This document shows positions 25,901 through 38,132 of a stretch of 64,000 nucleotides of DNA, piece after piece (position 1 is the stretch's first letter; each line of letters begins with the position of its first letter). The notes beneath the pieces were generated by a model. The model searched no databases and was not told the origin of the DNA. It worked only from the letters and a program-made list of their open reading frames with translations. The position numbers and the translations under genes are program-made. This stretch comes from Lama glama (taxonomy: Eukaryota): contig CM052817.1 in assembly GCA_028534125.1 (NCBI GenBank), positions 23,066,001 to 23,130,000 of the forward strand. The letters are read 5' to 3'.

Positions 25901-28530
25901 TTTTATTAATCATGTAACTTTTATTTTAAAATAAACCTCTTTCTGTAAAATGTTAAGCTACCTATTCTTCAAGTTAAACTAAATTTTAATGAATAATTAT
26001 CTTATTGAGATGTTCTCATTCAGATAGACTGAAGAGGGGGTTACAAGAAGGATTAGAGTTAAGCTTCCCCAGCTGTCCTTTATGCCACAATAATGAAAAC
26101 CTTTCTTCAAAATGGAAGCGGACAAATAAAATATTTGCAGTGAATTCAAGTGACAATATTTTATGTGTAAGAGCAAAACTTTAAGTGGAAAGTATGTATG
26201 TCAATGTTTAAAGTTTAGGAACACTTTGATATTAATAGATTTTTATAAACAGTCTGCTTTATATTTCTCTTTTTGTTTAAAATACTCAATATGAAATTAT
26301 TTCAGGCATTCTTTCCATGCCCTGAAGTAAACTGGAAATAAACAGATACTAAGAGAAAGCTGATTTGTAGTTTGTGCCAGTAAAAGTTAATTTTCAGTTT
26401 GAAAATGATTAATCTTCTTAAGCTGAACATGGTATTTATTTCCTGACGCATGCAGACATAAACATTCCAAGATATGCATAGCTCTAAACTTGTTATACTT
26501 TTTTTTAATTCTTTAACATTAGTTCTTAATTTTGCTTGACATCCTTCCTCTCTACCTTTGAGTCACAAGCTTTTAGAATAGTTTCCTTAAATGGAATGCC
26601 AATTTTTCCTATTTGTTCCTGTTCTTCTTCTCAAATGCTTTTAGTCTAAGTACAAAGTATGGTCTGAAGACTTAGATACTACTTTGTTGCTTAAGTGTTC
26701 TATAAAACAATGCATGTTTTCAAGAACCCAGTCTTCATACTTCCAATATTAAGATACTTGTCTGTCGTATCAACAGAATTATATGCGGTAGTAAATTGTC
26801 TCTTGTAGATAAAATTTATTTATTCCTCTTAATAGATCTTAATATTTCTGATCAAGCTTATAATAACATTCTTCAGATTTCAGAGTTAATCTGGCAAGAC
26901 CAGCATCTCTAAGTCTAAGAAGACAAAGAAATTGCTGGAGTGCCACATTATTTCCAGATAGTGTTTTGAAAGACCATTGATATAAATGGTGTGCATTTAT
27001 TTCTGAATCTGCTTGAGCTGTTCATATATCTTTAGACTACTTCTTTGCAGGGGTAGGCATGGAGTACCATGTAATTTGGCTGTGTTGTGTGATAAACCTT
27101 TAGGATGAATTATAGATTTAAAACGACAATTCATTCTATAATGGGTGAACCAACTAATGTAAGAATGAATCCATAGTGACTATTTAAAATAGAATTCAAG
27201 AAAAATAACACTTTATTTGCTTCATAAAAGCCTATGAGGCATTGCTGTTGAATAACGTAAGCAGAATGCAGCCAGATAAATCTTCTTAATTTACATCTAG
27301 GGCTTCATTATGCATATTTGATAGCACTCTGCAGAACTTTAATTTACAGACTTTTGGAATTTTACCAGTCCCAAACGTAGTGCTAAACATGCCTGTTGGA
27401 ACATTTAACTGAAGTAAGTCACCAGAGATTTCCTTAACGAGCGCAGAATTATCAGTTATTTGCATTCCTTGTAGATTTAAAGCAGTAGGGCCTATTAACA
27501 AGATAATGGCAAATGCTTTTTGAATGCAAGTATTTCTCTGGAACCATTCACTGTCAGGCACAACTCAGAGTATACATTTTCAAGTTCGCATTGAAATTAA
27601 GTTACCATTTGTTCACCTCATATAAATAGGTGACATTAAGTAGTCACATGTTGAATTGTGTCCAATGAATCAACTTAAAAGAACCACCTGATATTACCTA
27701 GACACTAGATCTTGAGTGTGAATCGATCTTGCCACTTACCATGTACATAATTGATAAGAGTATATACAATAAAAATGTAATACCTGCTATGTAAGTGTTT
27801 TCAGTAAATCAGATTATTCCAACCTTAAACAAAGTGAAATTATCAGCATTTTTCGTCTTTTTGAGAAGGTTCTGGTTCAAGAAGTTTGGTACTGAATGTG
27901 TGCACTCCACTTCAGTAAAACACAAGTGTCAGCTGTTTGTTCTTTTCACGGAACTCACTAAATTATGATTTATAAATATGAGAGAAGTAGGCTAATGATG
28001 TAAAATTGTAAAACTGACATTTGTTGAAAGAGAAACATTTATCTGTGATTATTTCGCTTTGACTTCATTTTTCCTTCTAAACGCCTGAATAATCTGTCTA
28101 CCCATTTGTATAGGGGAATGATGGGTTTAATCTTAGACCACACATAATGGGGTAATTGATTTCCATTATGAGGCATATAATACATTTGCCACAGTTAAAT
28201 AGCATTGCCAAGTAAATCCCTGAAATTAGGATGCATTAGATGTTACCATGCTGCTCTATAGGGAATTAGCCAGAGTTCTAGGCCTTGCCAAACATACAGT
28301 CACTTTTTAGTTCCATCATGCAGACGGATGTCTCTTTTCTGTAGCTCTGTAGATAATATATGTCTCTTGAGCCTAAGACATTGCCCTGTCCTATGTGTAG
28401 CTCGTTGTCGTCGTGAAAAAGGCAGTGATCAGCATCGCGTTTGGTTGAGTCTCCCTGAGGAGACTATTAAAGCACATAAACAGGCTCTCCCTTCACCCTT
28501 CCTCTCAATAAGGCAGCAGTTACCTGGGAA

Positions 28531-28551
28531 GTTGTTGTTGTTGTTGTTGTT
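28531..28551. repeat. (GTT)7 microsatellite with degenerate extension
   Basis: Direct reading. Confidence 0.95.
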
Positions 28552-28899
28552 GTCATTGTCACTGTTGTTGTTTTTTCTCCTTCTTCAACTTTTGAAAGAC
28601 ACCAAAATGAAAACCTTCAGGCAAAGGAGAGGAATAATTCATCCATGACTATTGAAATGTAGGTTTATTTTAGGGGTGAGGATGTTCAGCTTTCTCTTTC
28701 ACTGAAGTTTTTCTTGTTTACAAAATAGGGTAAATACATGGTGCATAAATGTAAGGACAAGTGTGCAGAGTGAGTCCTGATGCCACTTGCTCACACTCAC
28801 TCATGCCACCGTAATACTGTGAAAGAATCAGCTGGGCTTTGTGTCGACTCAGACACCGAAGAGCTCGTGTTCCTGTTTCTAGTGTGTTGAATGGCTTGT

Positions 28900-29100
28900 A
28901 CACCTTGGAAGCAGAAGACTTGGGTTCGGATTTCAGCTCAGTATGTGTACCTAAATAACTTCAGTTTCCTAGTGTGTAAACAAACAACAAAAGAGAGCCT
29001 GTTTCCTTATCTGTTACCATCGCATAGAATCATCATAAATATTCAGAAGCTATATGTAAAGTCATTTGATGTGGAAGCTGTGAGAGCTATTATCATAACA
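28900..29100 (+). mobile_element. MIR SINE remnant
   Basis: AGACTTGGGTTCGGATTTCAGCTC...CTTCAGTTTCCTAGTGTGTAAA. Confidence 0.6.
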
Positions 29101-30124
29101 TTACTGAATTACGTTTATTACAACTGACGTTATTGTCATTTTACTTGGTGTCCATTTTTAAATTCCAAAATTCCTACTTGACTTCTGTGGGTGAATACTT
29201 CTTCCGTAATTTAATATCAACATCTCTGATCATAAATGGTGCTTCCTAGGATACAAGGTGCCTTCACCCAGTAAGCTTTTGGAAATGCGGAAATAACATT
29301 GAGAACTTGACTCTGTACTGTAAGTTACCGTATAGTGGAAAAGAATAGAGATGGGTGAAGATCAGTTTGCAATGTGAATGACTGTATTAGTATATATTCT
29401 AGTACATATATATATGGTATGTGTACTGTATGGAATGGTATATAAGTATGTGGTTCTACAATTATATGCATGAATGAGTCATTGTGGATGGTGTTGCTCG
29501 GCAAATAAAGAATAGAAGATTCATATATACACATATTAGCACCACTTATCCAAAGACTCAGGGTTAATTTGGATATCTTCCTGGTAAGCAAACCCCAAAA
29601 ATGGAGAATGGTATGTTGGGCTACCAGAACCTGATATTGCTCATGTGTCATATAACTAAATCAATTTGCACCATTTCCATGCTAATAGAAATTCCAATTA
29701 TAATTGGACTTCCCATAAAGCCTGCACAGAGTGAGAGAATGATAGTGAAGCTGATCTGATTCTAAGAATTATATTTCTTCTTATAAAAAGTGAATTGACA
29801 TTGTGACATTCTGTATCCTTTTCTCATAAGCTTTGTTATTATGAATTAGAATCCTTAAATTTCATTACTTTGGGGACACATAATATCAACTTTCTGTGCC
29901 TTAAAGATTGAGGATTAAAACTACACTTGGCAAATCCACACAGATCAAAGCCATCTGGTGAAGATCTCTTTGGGCATCCCTCCAGTTTCCCTCTGGTCAA
30001 GTCCTTCTCGTAATTCTGGTACAGAATATTACATTTTCAATTGCATTCTCCAAAGCATAACAACATACTACTTTTCTTGTTTTGCAAATATCAGTTGCAG
30101 TCCTTCTAATAAACCCTTCTAATG

Positions 30125-30320
30125 AAACACACTGATTGAGTTCAAATTTTGCTCTAATTCTTACTAGCTGAAGGATTTATGACAAAGTATTTAGCTATTT
30201 TTGGCCTCAGTTTCTTCACTTGTGTAATGGATAATAATGTTACATTACTCTTAGTGTTTTATGAAGATTAGTTGGTTGAATGTAAGACAAGGCTTGCTCT
30301 GTAGTAAGCCTTGTACAGGC
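30125..30320 (+). mobile_element. MIR SINE remnant
   Basis: GAGTTCAAATTTTGCTCT..CTTACTAGCTG...GGCCTCAGTTTCTTCACTTGTGTAATGG. Confidence 0.75.
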
Positions 30321-30399
30321 TTTTGTTAACTATCTTTGGACCATTTTCTGCACATAAAACCGATTAGCAGATTCTGTCAATTCTGTCATTATAACGTCT

Positions 30400-31310
30400 C
30401 TTAAAGCAGTTCTTGCTTCTTGAAATTTACCCCCTACTGCCTTGATTTCGTTCTTTACACTCATATATAAACTACTGTAATATTTCCTAGAATTCTCAGC
30501 CTGCCTAAAATATTTTCCCATTCTGCTTCCACACTGCCTCTACCAGTTTTCTTCTTTAAAACATGCATCTGATCATTAAACTTCTCCTTGTATTTAACAG
30601 TCAGTGAGTATTGCTTATAGAGTGAATTCCAAACTCTGCAGTAAGACATCCTAGACCATCCACAATCTGTTCCTAATCTCACTCTTCAGCCTCATTTCAC
30701 ATTATGTCCTTCAAAATCACTGCAATCTAATTATACTCTTCTGCTGGTCCCCAAATGTGCCAACCAAGTTTTCAGGTGGGAATAGCTGCTGTGCTGTTGT
30801 TAGAGCTTGAGTACTGAAATCAGACTTCTTCAGGCTCAGTCCCCAGTGGTATCACTTATTTGATGGTGACCTTTGGCAAATCATTTAATCTCTTTATAGT
30901 TTCCTGAATGTCAATTTCCTAGAAAAATAAGACCAATCTCATAGAATTAAATGAGATAATATATGGCCTTTGGCATTGTGTTTGATACTCATTATGTCAT
31001 AAGAAGGTATCTGTTATTTTTAGATTGCCTGTTGTTTCCTTAGCCCCAAAAACTGCTACAATTTCCCATAATAATGTTTTCCCATTATGCGAGGACCAAA
31101 TTAAATGCCAGTAGTACATTAAATGTGTCCGTCCTGTCCCTCCAAAGACAGCATAAGGTATTTCTGTTGTAGAACCCATGTATCATATTAATTTTATTTA
31201 TATTTAGAATTCAAAATTATTTGTTTATATGTCTTTTTCTCATCTTAGACCATCAGTTCATTAAAGGAAGAAACCATGTCTTATTAATCTATCTCCTCCA
31301 GCCCATTCCT
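30400..31310 (+). mobile_element. LINE-2 remnant interrupted by a MIR (about 30790-30990)
   Basis: TTTAAAACATGCATCTGATCAT and AATTCCAAACTC blocks. TAGACCATCAGTTCATTAAAGGAAGAAACCATGTCTTATT near the end. MIR block GTGACCTTTGGCAAATCATTTAATCTCT. Confidence 0.6.
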
Positions 31311-31429
31311 ATCAAAAATGCTGCCTTAAAATACGAGGCCCTCTGAAGGAAAGTATCCCTTGCTAGAAACAAACTGAGGAAGAAAGACAAATCGGGCCTC
31401 CACATCTCATATTCTGATGTATTTTCCAC

Positions 31430-31650
31430 TTCACATTCAACCCACAGCTCTTCCTATGTGGTTCGCCAGCTCTGTGGCTTTGGGGAAATTGTTTATTCCA
31501 TCTAAGACTCAGTTTCTTCATCTGCATTGCACTCATAATGAGTGTACCTGTTTCATAGGCTGTCATGAGGATTAAATAAGATGATTCATGCAGCACAGTG
31601 ATCATCCCTGTAGTGAGTGCTCAGCCATGCTTATGAATTGTTACCATCAG
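31430..31650 (+). mobile_element. MIR SINE remnant
   Basis: CTAAGACTCAGTTTCTTCATCTG...CATAGGCTGTCATGAGGATTAAATAAGATGA...AGTGAGTGCTCA. Confidence 0.8.
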
Positions 31651-32224
31651 TATTTTTCAGCTGAATTATGATTTAGGATGAGAAAGAAGAGAGGCTAGAG
31701 AATATAATCATTTCTTCTTTCCACGTCTAATATAGGAAGGAAAATGTATGCCTTATCACTCTACCACAACAGTTGCAAAATGGACACTGGGGAAATTGTG
31801 AGATTTCACCGGATGAATGATACCCAAAATGTCAAATGCAAATGTGTTTTCCTCAAGACAACTTACAAAAAAGCAATTATCACTCTTGGTTAAATCCTAG
31901 AAATCTTTCAGAAACTAAATACACTAAAATAAAATAAAACTAGTTCAAAAAACCCTCCAATAAAGTGGTACATCTACTATTAAAGTATGTAGGCAAGGTG
32001 GGATGGCATTCCCCCTGCTGTCTTTGTTAAATTCTCTTGTGGTGTGTATCATTGGTCAGTGAAATGCAGATTTGGAATCATCTTTTGATATTTTAACATT
32101 AGGACATTATTACAAAGATTTATTTAGGTAATAGGTATCTGACCCAAGGAGCAAACTTCATTAATTCCACTTATGCCATTTCTGTGATCCCCACCCCCAA
32201 TATATGCCCTATAACAAAACATGT

Positions 32225-32724
32225 NNNNNNNNNNNNNNNNNNNNNNNNNNNNNNNNNNNNNNNNNNNNNNNNNNNNNNNNNNNNNNNNNNNNNNNNNNNN
32301 NNNNNNNNNNNNNNNNNNNNNNNNNNNNNNNNNNNNNNNNNNNNNNNNNNNNNNNNNNNNNNNNNNNNNNNNNNNNNNNNNNNNNNNNNNNNNNNNNNNN
32401 NNNNNNNNNNNNNNNNNNNNNNNNNNNNNNNNNNNNNNNNNNNNNNNNNNNNNNNNNNNNNNNNNNNNNNNNNNNNNNNNNNNNNNNNNNNNNNNNNNNN
32501 NNNNNNNNNNNNNNNNNNNNNNNNNNNNNNNNNNNNNNNNNNNNNNNNNNNNNNNNNNNNNNNNNNNNNNNNNNNNNNNNNNNNNNNNNNNNNNNNNNNN
32601 NNNNNNNNNNNNNNNNNNNNNNNNNNNNNNNNNNNNNNNNNNNNNNNNNNNNNNNNNNNNNNNNNNNNNNNNNNNNNNNNNNNNNNNNNNNNNNNNNNNN
32701 NNNNNNNNNNNNNNNNNNNNNNNN
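32225..32724. other. Assembly gap (500 N)
   Basis: Exactly 500 N. Confidence 0.99.
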
Positions 32725-33134
32725 CGCTGCCGACCCGCATCTCAGGCTGGGTGTCGGGGGGACGCTCTGTGCCCGTTTAACTTAGTTCTGTCAGACAAGG
32801 GCTGCTCTGTACAGATCCGAGCCTCGGAGGCTCCCTCTCCGTCCCGCTGGCCTCTCAGTTGGAGAGGGGAGACCCAGCGAGCGAGCGCCAGTCCTCCTTT
32901 GCCGCTCCCTCCCCGCAGGACCCGTCCCGCGCTGCTTTGCCTCTTGTTCTTTCTTTTTTCCTTTTCTCCTACCAGATTTTTGGCGTCTGTATCTTTTGAA
33001 GAGGGCGATGATCTGTTGGAGTTCCGCAGGTGCTCTGGTTGGCTGAGTGGGTCTGTAGATGTGGGTCTTGGTGTATTTGTGGGAGAGGGTGACTTACGAG
33101 CATCCTTGTACTCCGCCATCTTGCCTTTTCTTCT
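32725..33134 (-). mobile_element. Young L1 5'UTR (internal Pol II promoter), CpG-rich, truncated by the gap
   Basis: Sharp GC/CpG rise. Ends ...GGGAGAGGGTGACTTACGAGCATCCTTGTACTCCGCCATCTTG, a typical L1 5' terminus. Confidence 0.85.
33111..33123 (-). promoter_or_regulatory. YY1-binding motif at L1 5' end (CAAGATGGCGGAG)
   Basis: Matches the AAGATGGCG YY1 core in the usual position just inside L1 5' ends. Confidence 0.75.
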
Positions 33135-34145
33135 TAATTGTTTTTCTATTTTTGAGAGCTTGGTGTCTGTTTATTTGTTTGTTTTAAGACATAATTCTAC
33201 TTCCCATTAAAATCTCCAAATAAGTTAATTAGTTCAGAGACTCATCTGATACTCAGACAAGTACTATATGTTTGACTACCTATTTAAGAGGTTGAAATTT
33301 AATTATTTAATTATTGCTCAGTGAATCGGGTCAGTGGAAGAAGTCAATCCCTTCTCAAATTGCTTGTAGCACACAAACAAAATACCATACCTGTACCCAA
33401 CAGCTCTGCTGTGTTTTGTAGCTCTGGAAATTTGCCCCCAAAATAGTGCATTTTAAAACTTCATCTGATTATTGATCAAGTGTTCTTAGTCAGGGATACT
33501 GAATGAATTAAAGAATGAAACCCAAGTTTGAATAATTTTCATATTCCATATGGTATTATCCCAGTGAATTAGGGGTAGGATACATATTATACTTAACATA
33601 TATATTTCTATTTTGATTTTTTTATAAATAATTGAATAATTATCAAGTTAACATCATAATTAGTCAGTTTCATCTAATTAGTTGTTATAGTGAAATATTT
33701 AAATATGAGAAGATTGAGTCACATGATCTAAATTTGGAAAAAAAGTTTCTATTGAATTTGAAATTCATGATTTACAACATCTGTAAGGGAAAGAAGGAAA
33801 CCGATACTGACATTTGGGCTTTTTCTTTTCCATTTGGAACTCAGTTATCAAGACCACTGATCCTTATACAATTAAAATAAGAAAGAACAGCACTTCATGA
33901 AAGAAAAGAGAAATGAAGACCACAATAATATTTGCTAAAAGAATGAGTGGGGGTTATAGTTTCTCCTTTGTCCACATACTGTCAGTTAGTTAGAACATGC
34001 AGTGTCAGCAGATCCTTCTGAGAATAGAATCCTCTTAGTCTTCACTTACTAAGATCCAGAGATGGAAAAGAAACTTATTAGGACCAGTTCTGTGAAAGTT
34101 CATGAGTGTGAAAATCAGTGCAATAAGGATACCAAATAAAGAGAT

Positions 34146-34910
34146 ACATCTTTAAGTTTGAATAGGTGACATTTGTTTATTTTTACTTTTATGTATTTTG
34201 CCTTGGGAGACTGATCTAGGAAAATACTTCTATGATTTATATTTGAGAAGATTTTTGCCTGTGTTCTCTTCTAGGAATTTTGTGGTGTCATGTCTTATGT
34301 TAAGGTCTTTAAGCCAATTTGAATTTATTTTTGTATATGGTGTAAGGGAGTATTCTAATTTCATTGATTTGCATAGCTGTCCAGCTTTCCCAACACCACT
34401 TGCTAAAGACACTGTCTTTTCTCTATTGTATATTCTTGCCTCCTTTGTCATAGATTATGACCATAGGTGTGTGGGTTTATATCTGGGCTCTCTGTTCTGT
34501 TCCATTGAACTATATATCTGTTTTTGAGTCAATACCATGCTGTTTTGATTACTGTAGCTTTGTAGTATTGTCTGAAATATGGAAGGGTTATGCCTGCAGT
34601 TTTGTTCTTTTTCCTCAGGATTGCTTTGGCAATTCTGGATCTTTTATGGTTCCACATAAATTTTAGCATTACTTGTTTTAGTTCTGTGAAAAATACCATG
34701 AGTATTTTGATAGGAATTGCATTAAATTTTAGATTGCTTTGGGTAGTATGGCCATTTTAATAATATTAATTCTTCCAATCTAAGAGCATAGGCTATCTTT
34801 CCATTTCTTTGAATCATCTTCAATTTCCTTATTCAGTGTTTTATAGTTTTCAGCATATAGGTCTTTCACCTCCTTGGTCAAGTTTGTTTTTATGTGTTTT
34901 TTTTCCCATG
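34146..34910 (-). mobile_element. Inverted ORF2 segment of a 5'-inverted L1 insertion
   Basis: [40 protein letters not shown] (34230-34451). Confidence 0.93.
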
Positions 34911-35212
34911 TAATTTAAATCAGAATCTAAAAAAATACAAATAAATCTATACAAATAAATAAATATAAAAATATACAAAACAGAAGCAGGCTCACAGACG
35001 TAGAAAACAAACTTATTGTTACCAAAGGAAAAAGGGGGTGGGTGGGAAAGGGATAAATAAGGAGTACGGTATTAACAGATACAAACTACTATACATAAAA
35101 TAAATAAGCACCAATGATTTACTATATAGCTCAGGGAATTATATTCAACATCTTACAATAATCTATAATGTAACATAATCTGAAAAATATATATAAAATT
35201 TTGCAAATAAAA
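34911..35212 (+). mobile_element. L1 3'UTR (cetartiodactyl-type), sense part of the same insertion
   Basis: CTCACAGACGTAGAAAACAAACTTATTGTTACCAAAGG...TTAACAGATACAAACTACTATACATAAAA...TATAGCTCAGGGAATTATATTCAACATCTT, with an A-rich end. Confidence 0.88.
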
Positions 35213-38132
35213 AAAGAGATTCCCCTTGCTCCAAAGCATCTGTAGAGCATATGTAGAGGGTACATATTAAGTGAGGAGACTAGATAAGTGGACATTCGTA
35301 GGGAATCGAACCAGAGGTGGAGGCATTGACCAGCAAAAAGTGGTGTATCTATTGAGTTATCCATCCTACAACATTTTGGGGGAGCCCATTCCTGGGTGAG
35401 TACAGAAGAGGATAGAGGAGTCAAGGCTGAGTGTCTAATTTTAACTGGTGGAAGCTTTTCATAGTCTACTGGTTTACTGGCTATAATTGTGCTATTATAA
35501 TTTTGTCTATGAAAATAATTTGTGATACTGGCTTCAATGTGAATTTAAGACTAAATTGAAAAAAATATAGATTTTCTGTTTTGTTTTCAGTCACTTTTTC
35601 TCTGTGCTTAATTCACAAGACTTATTGTTAAATAACCAAGATTGCTTTTAGCAATACGAAGACCTGCTTGCAAAGTAAGATTCTATTGTTCTGTAACTAT
35701 TTTTACTCTTCCCCAAGGAAAGTTAGCTGTAATTAGAAACGAGCAGGAACTAGTTAGATCTAATTAGAAAGTACACATTTTCTGTAATTGCTTGTTTTTT
35801 TTTTAAATCAGTCTTAGAGACATTCGAATTTCAACAATTAAAAAAACTCTTAAAGATGTTTTTTAATATGTTCTAAAATATTGATAATATTAACCATTTG
35901 TACATTTGCCAGCTTTCTCTAGATTATTTTGTCTGGTAATCAAGTATATATAAAACAAATGTTTTACTGTCTAATTTTTTATATATGTTCCATGATTTAG
36001 AAGTTTTTACGACTTACTACACGTTTGGATTTTCCAATGACTGATCATTTCCATCTGCCCATAACCACATTCCTCTTCTCTCTTTTACATTTATCCAGAG
36101 ACATTCAAAGCATTTTCTTAATCACTTTCATAAATTTTATAGGCATTACAAGAAAGCCAAAAAGTTCAAACAATAGCTTTGGCTTTGCCACGTGGTCTTT
36201 TAGATTTTGCTTTTCTCCTTGAGATCTTTAGGGTGAGTTTACAAAATCCAAACCTTTTAACAAACATATATAAAGCATGCCTTTATATATACATATGCAT
36301 GGGGAAATTAGCAATAAATAAAGGATAGAAAAGTTCAGGTGAAATCTGAGAAGAGGCTGAACCTCAAAATGAGGAATTATATGCTCTCAGAGGATCAGTA
36401 CAATTTTGCCCAGATCTGTGAGTGATGTCCAGAAAGGAAAATGAGAGAAAGTAAACCTAAGCCCTCTGTCCACATATCAGTTTCTACAAGAAAACAGGTC
36501 AGAGAACCTGTTCGATAGCTATTTGTACCTAAGAAAGGTATTTATATACCTAAAAAAGGTATATAAATGACCCAGTGTATTAGCAAGTTGTTTGAAATTA
36601 TCCACTAAATACATACATAGATTTGATAAAGACCATACATACCTACTTTCATTTCCAATATTCACATGTTCGGCACTTACGGGACTACAGATTCTAGGAG
36701 ACTATACTACAGTATTTTAGTCATAATTTGTTAGATACATAAATCATTTGAAAAAAATCAGAAGTATTTCTTTCCATGTGTGTCATTCAGTTTAAACTAG
36801 ATGGTGCAATAGGACTAGACGGCCCCAAATCAGTCTGTGGCTTAATTCACATCCACTCCCATATTCACATGTAGTGTTGCTAGTGTGTGCGTCTGTACAC
36901 TCAATCAGCAGTCACTGCACCACTGTAGGTCTTGGTGTCGGTGTCCTTTCAGAGCAGCTGTACTTCGTGTATGGCCCAGCCACCCAGGCTGCTTTACCCT
37001 TACGCTTCTTCATCTCAGCATGAGGGCTTCTTTGCCACCAGAGCAGGAGATGACAAAGGTATTTCTATCTGTTCGTCTCGAATATCTCTCTATCTATCTA
37101 AGCGATCTGTCTTTCAGGTATGTATATGTGTGTATATTTATGGGTAATCATAACTTTAAAGATAAGAGAAGGAATATTGGAAAAGACAATTTGCCTTATT
37201 AAATATTACTGACCATAATTTTCTTTACTGTCTTGAAACTCTTTAAAAGAGTTCTGTTCATCATTGTTGACACAACATGTCTAATGCATTCCATCCATTT
37301 AATGCATTTGATATGATTTAAACATTTTTTGTAGTTTATCTGTTAATGTGAAATCTCAACAAATAACCTATAGCTAGAATTTTATCATTCATTAGGCACC
37401 ATAAAAACTGTCCATATTAAACTAAAGTTATTAACATGCTATCTCTGAACTACCTATCAGTGAAATACCTAAAATATGAAAGCACTAAAGGTCTTTTTAG
37501 ACTCCAGAGCACAACATTCACATTGCTCTATGACGTGCTTTTTGGACAACAGAAATTTCATCTGTTATAGAGGCTGTTTTATCTTTAAATCACTTTTAGC
37601 AGCATTTATTGACCATTGACTATGAGCATGAAGTAAAATAAATATTTTAGTAACTAGGTAGAATTGGATTCTATGATATTAGACTCTGGAGATACGTGAT
37701 GGATTGGTTAATAACATCAGGATTTTAAAAATCATTGTATTCTAAAGAATGTGTCTGTTTCTCATTCAGTTATTTCCCAGTAGTTTGTACTGTGCCTCAG
37801 AACTCATTAATAAGTTGCAAGTTGTCAAACATCATTTGAAAGTATAGAGATATACAATCAGATTATTAGGAATATATTATTCTTTAAAGAAAATGCCAGG
37901 AAAAATAATTGAGTGGAACTGCTTTTGAGATACTTATAAAATGATATGAGCCCACTGACCATGGTTAACTAAATAATAAACCACTGGATTTTTGCTACTG
38001 AGAATATGTACTCTTCCTTTTTCAAGAGCAGTTTTGTTTTTCCTCCTGTTTTATAGAGTATTTAAGGAAACAATGAGTTTATGTGTTTGTTTTACCTCTA
38101 AAGATCCTCCTCATGTATTTAATTAAACTATG

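Noticed and set aside
27286..27561. 91-aa ORF in unique sequence
   Set aside because: Non-ATG start, no recognisable domain and no convincing splice context.
28328..28648. 106-aa ORF with a poly-Leu, membrane-like stretch
   Set aside because: The Leu run is just the (GTT)n microsatellite.
29693..29708. 16-bp palindrome TCCAATTATAATTGGA
   Set aside because: Palindromes of this length are expected by chance in 64 kb of AT-rich DNA.
32725..33134. CpG island as a host gene promoter
   Set aside because: It ends in the characteristic L1 5' terminus with a YY1 site.
32171..33210. Long ORFs of 189-329 aa in the ORF track
   Set aside because: They are long only because they read through 500 N.
36895..36925. 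CAATCAGCA resembling the miR-34 3p arm
   Set aside because: No matching GGCAGTG 5p arm and no convincing hairpin.
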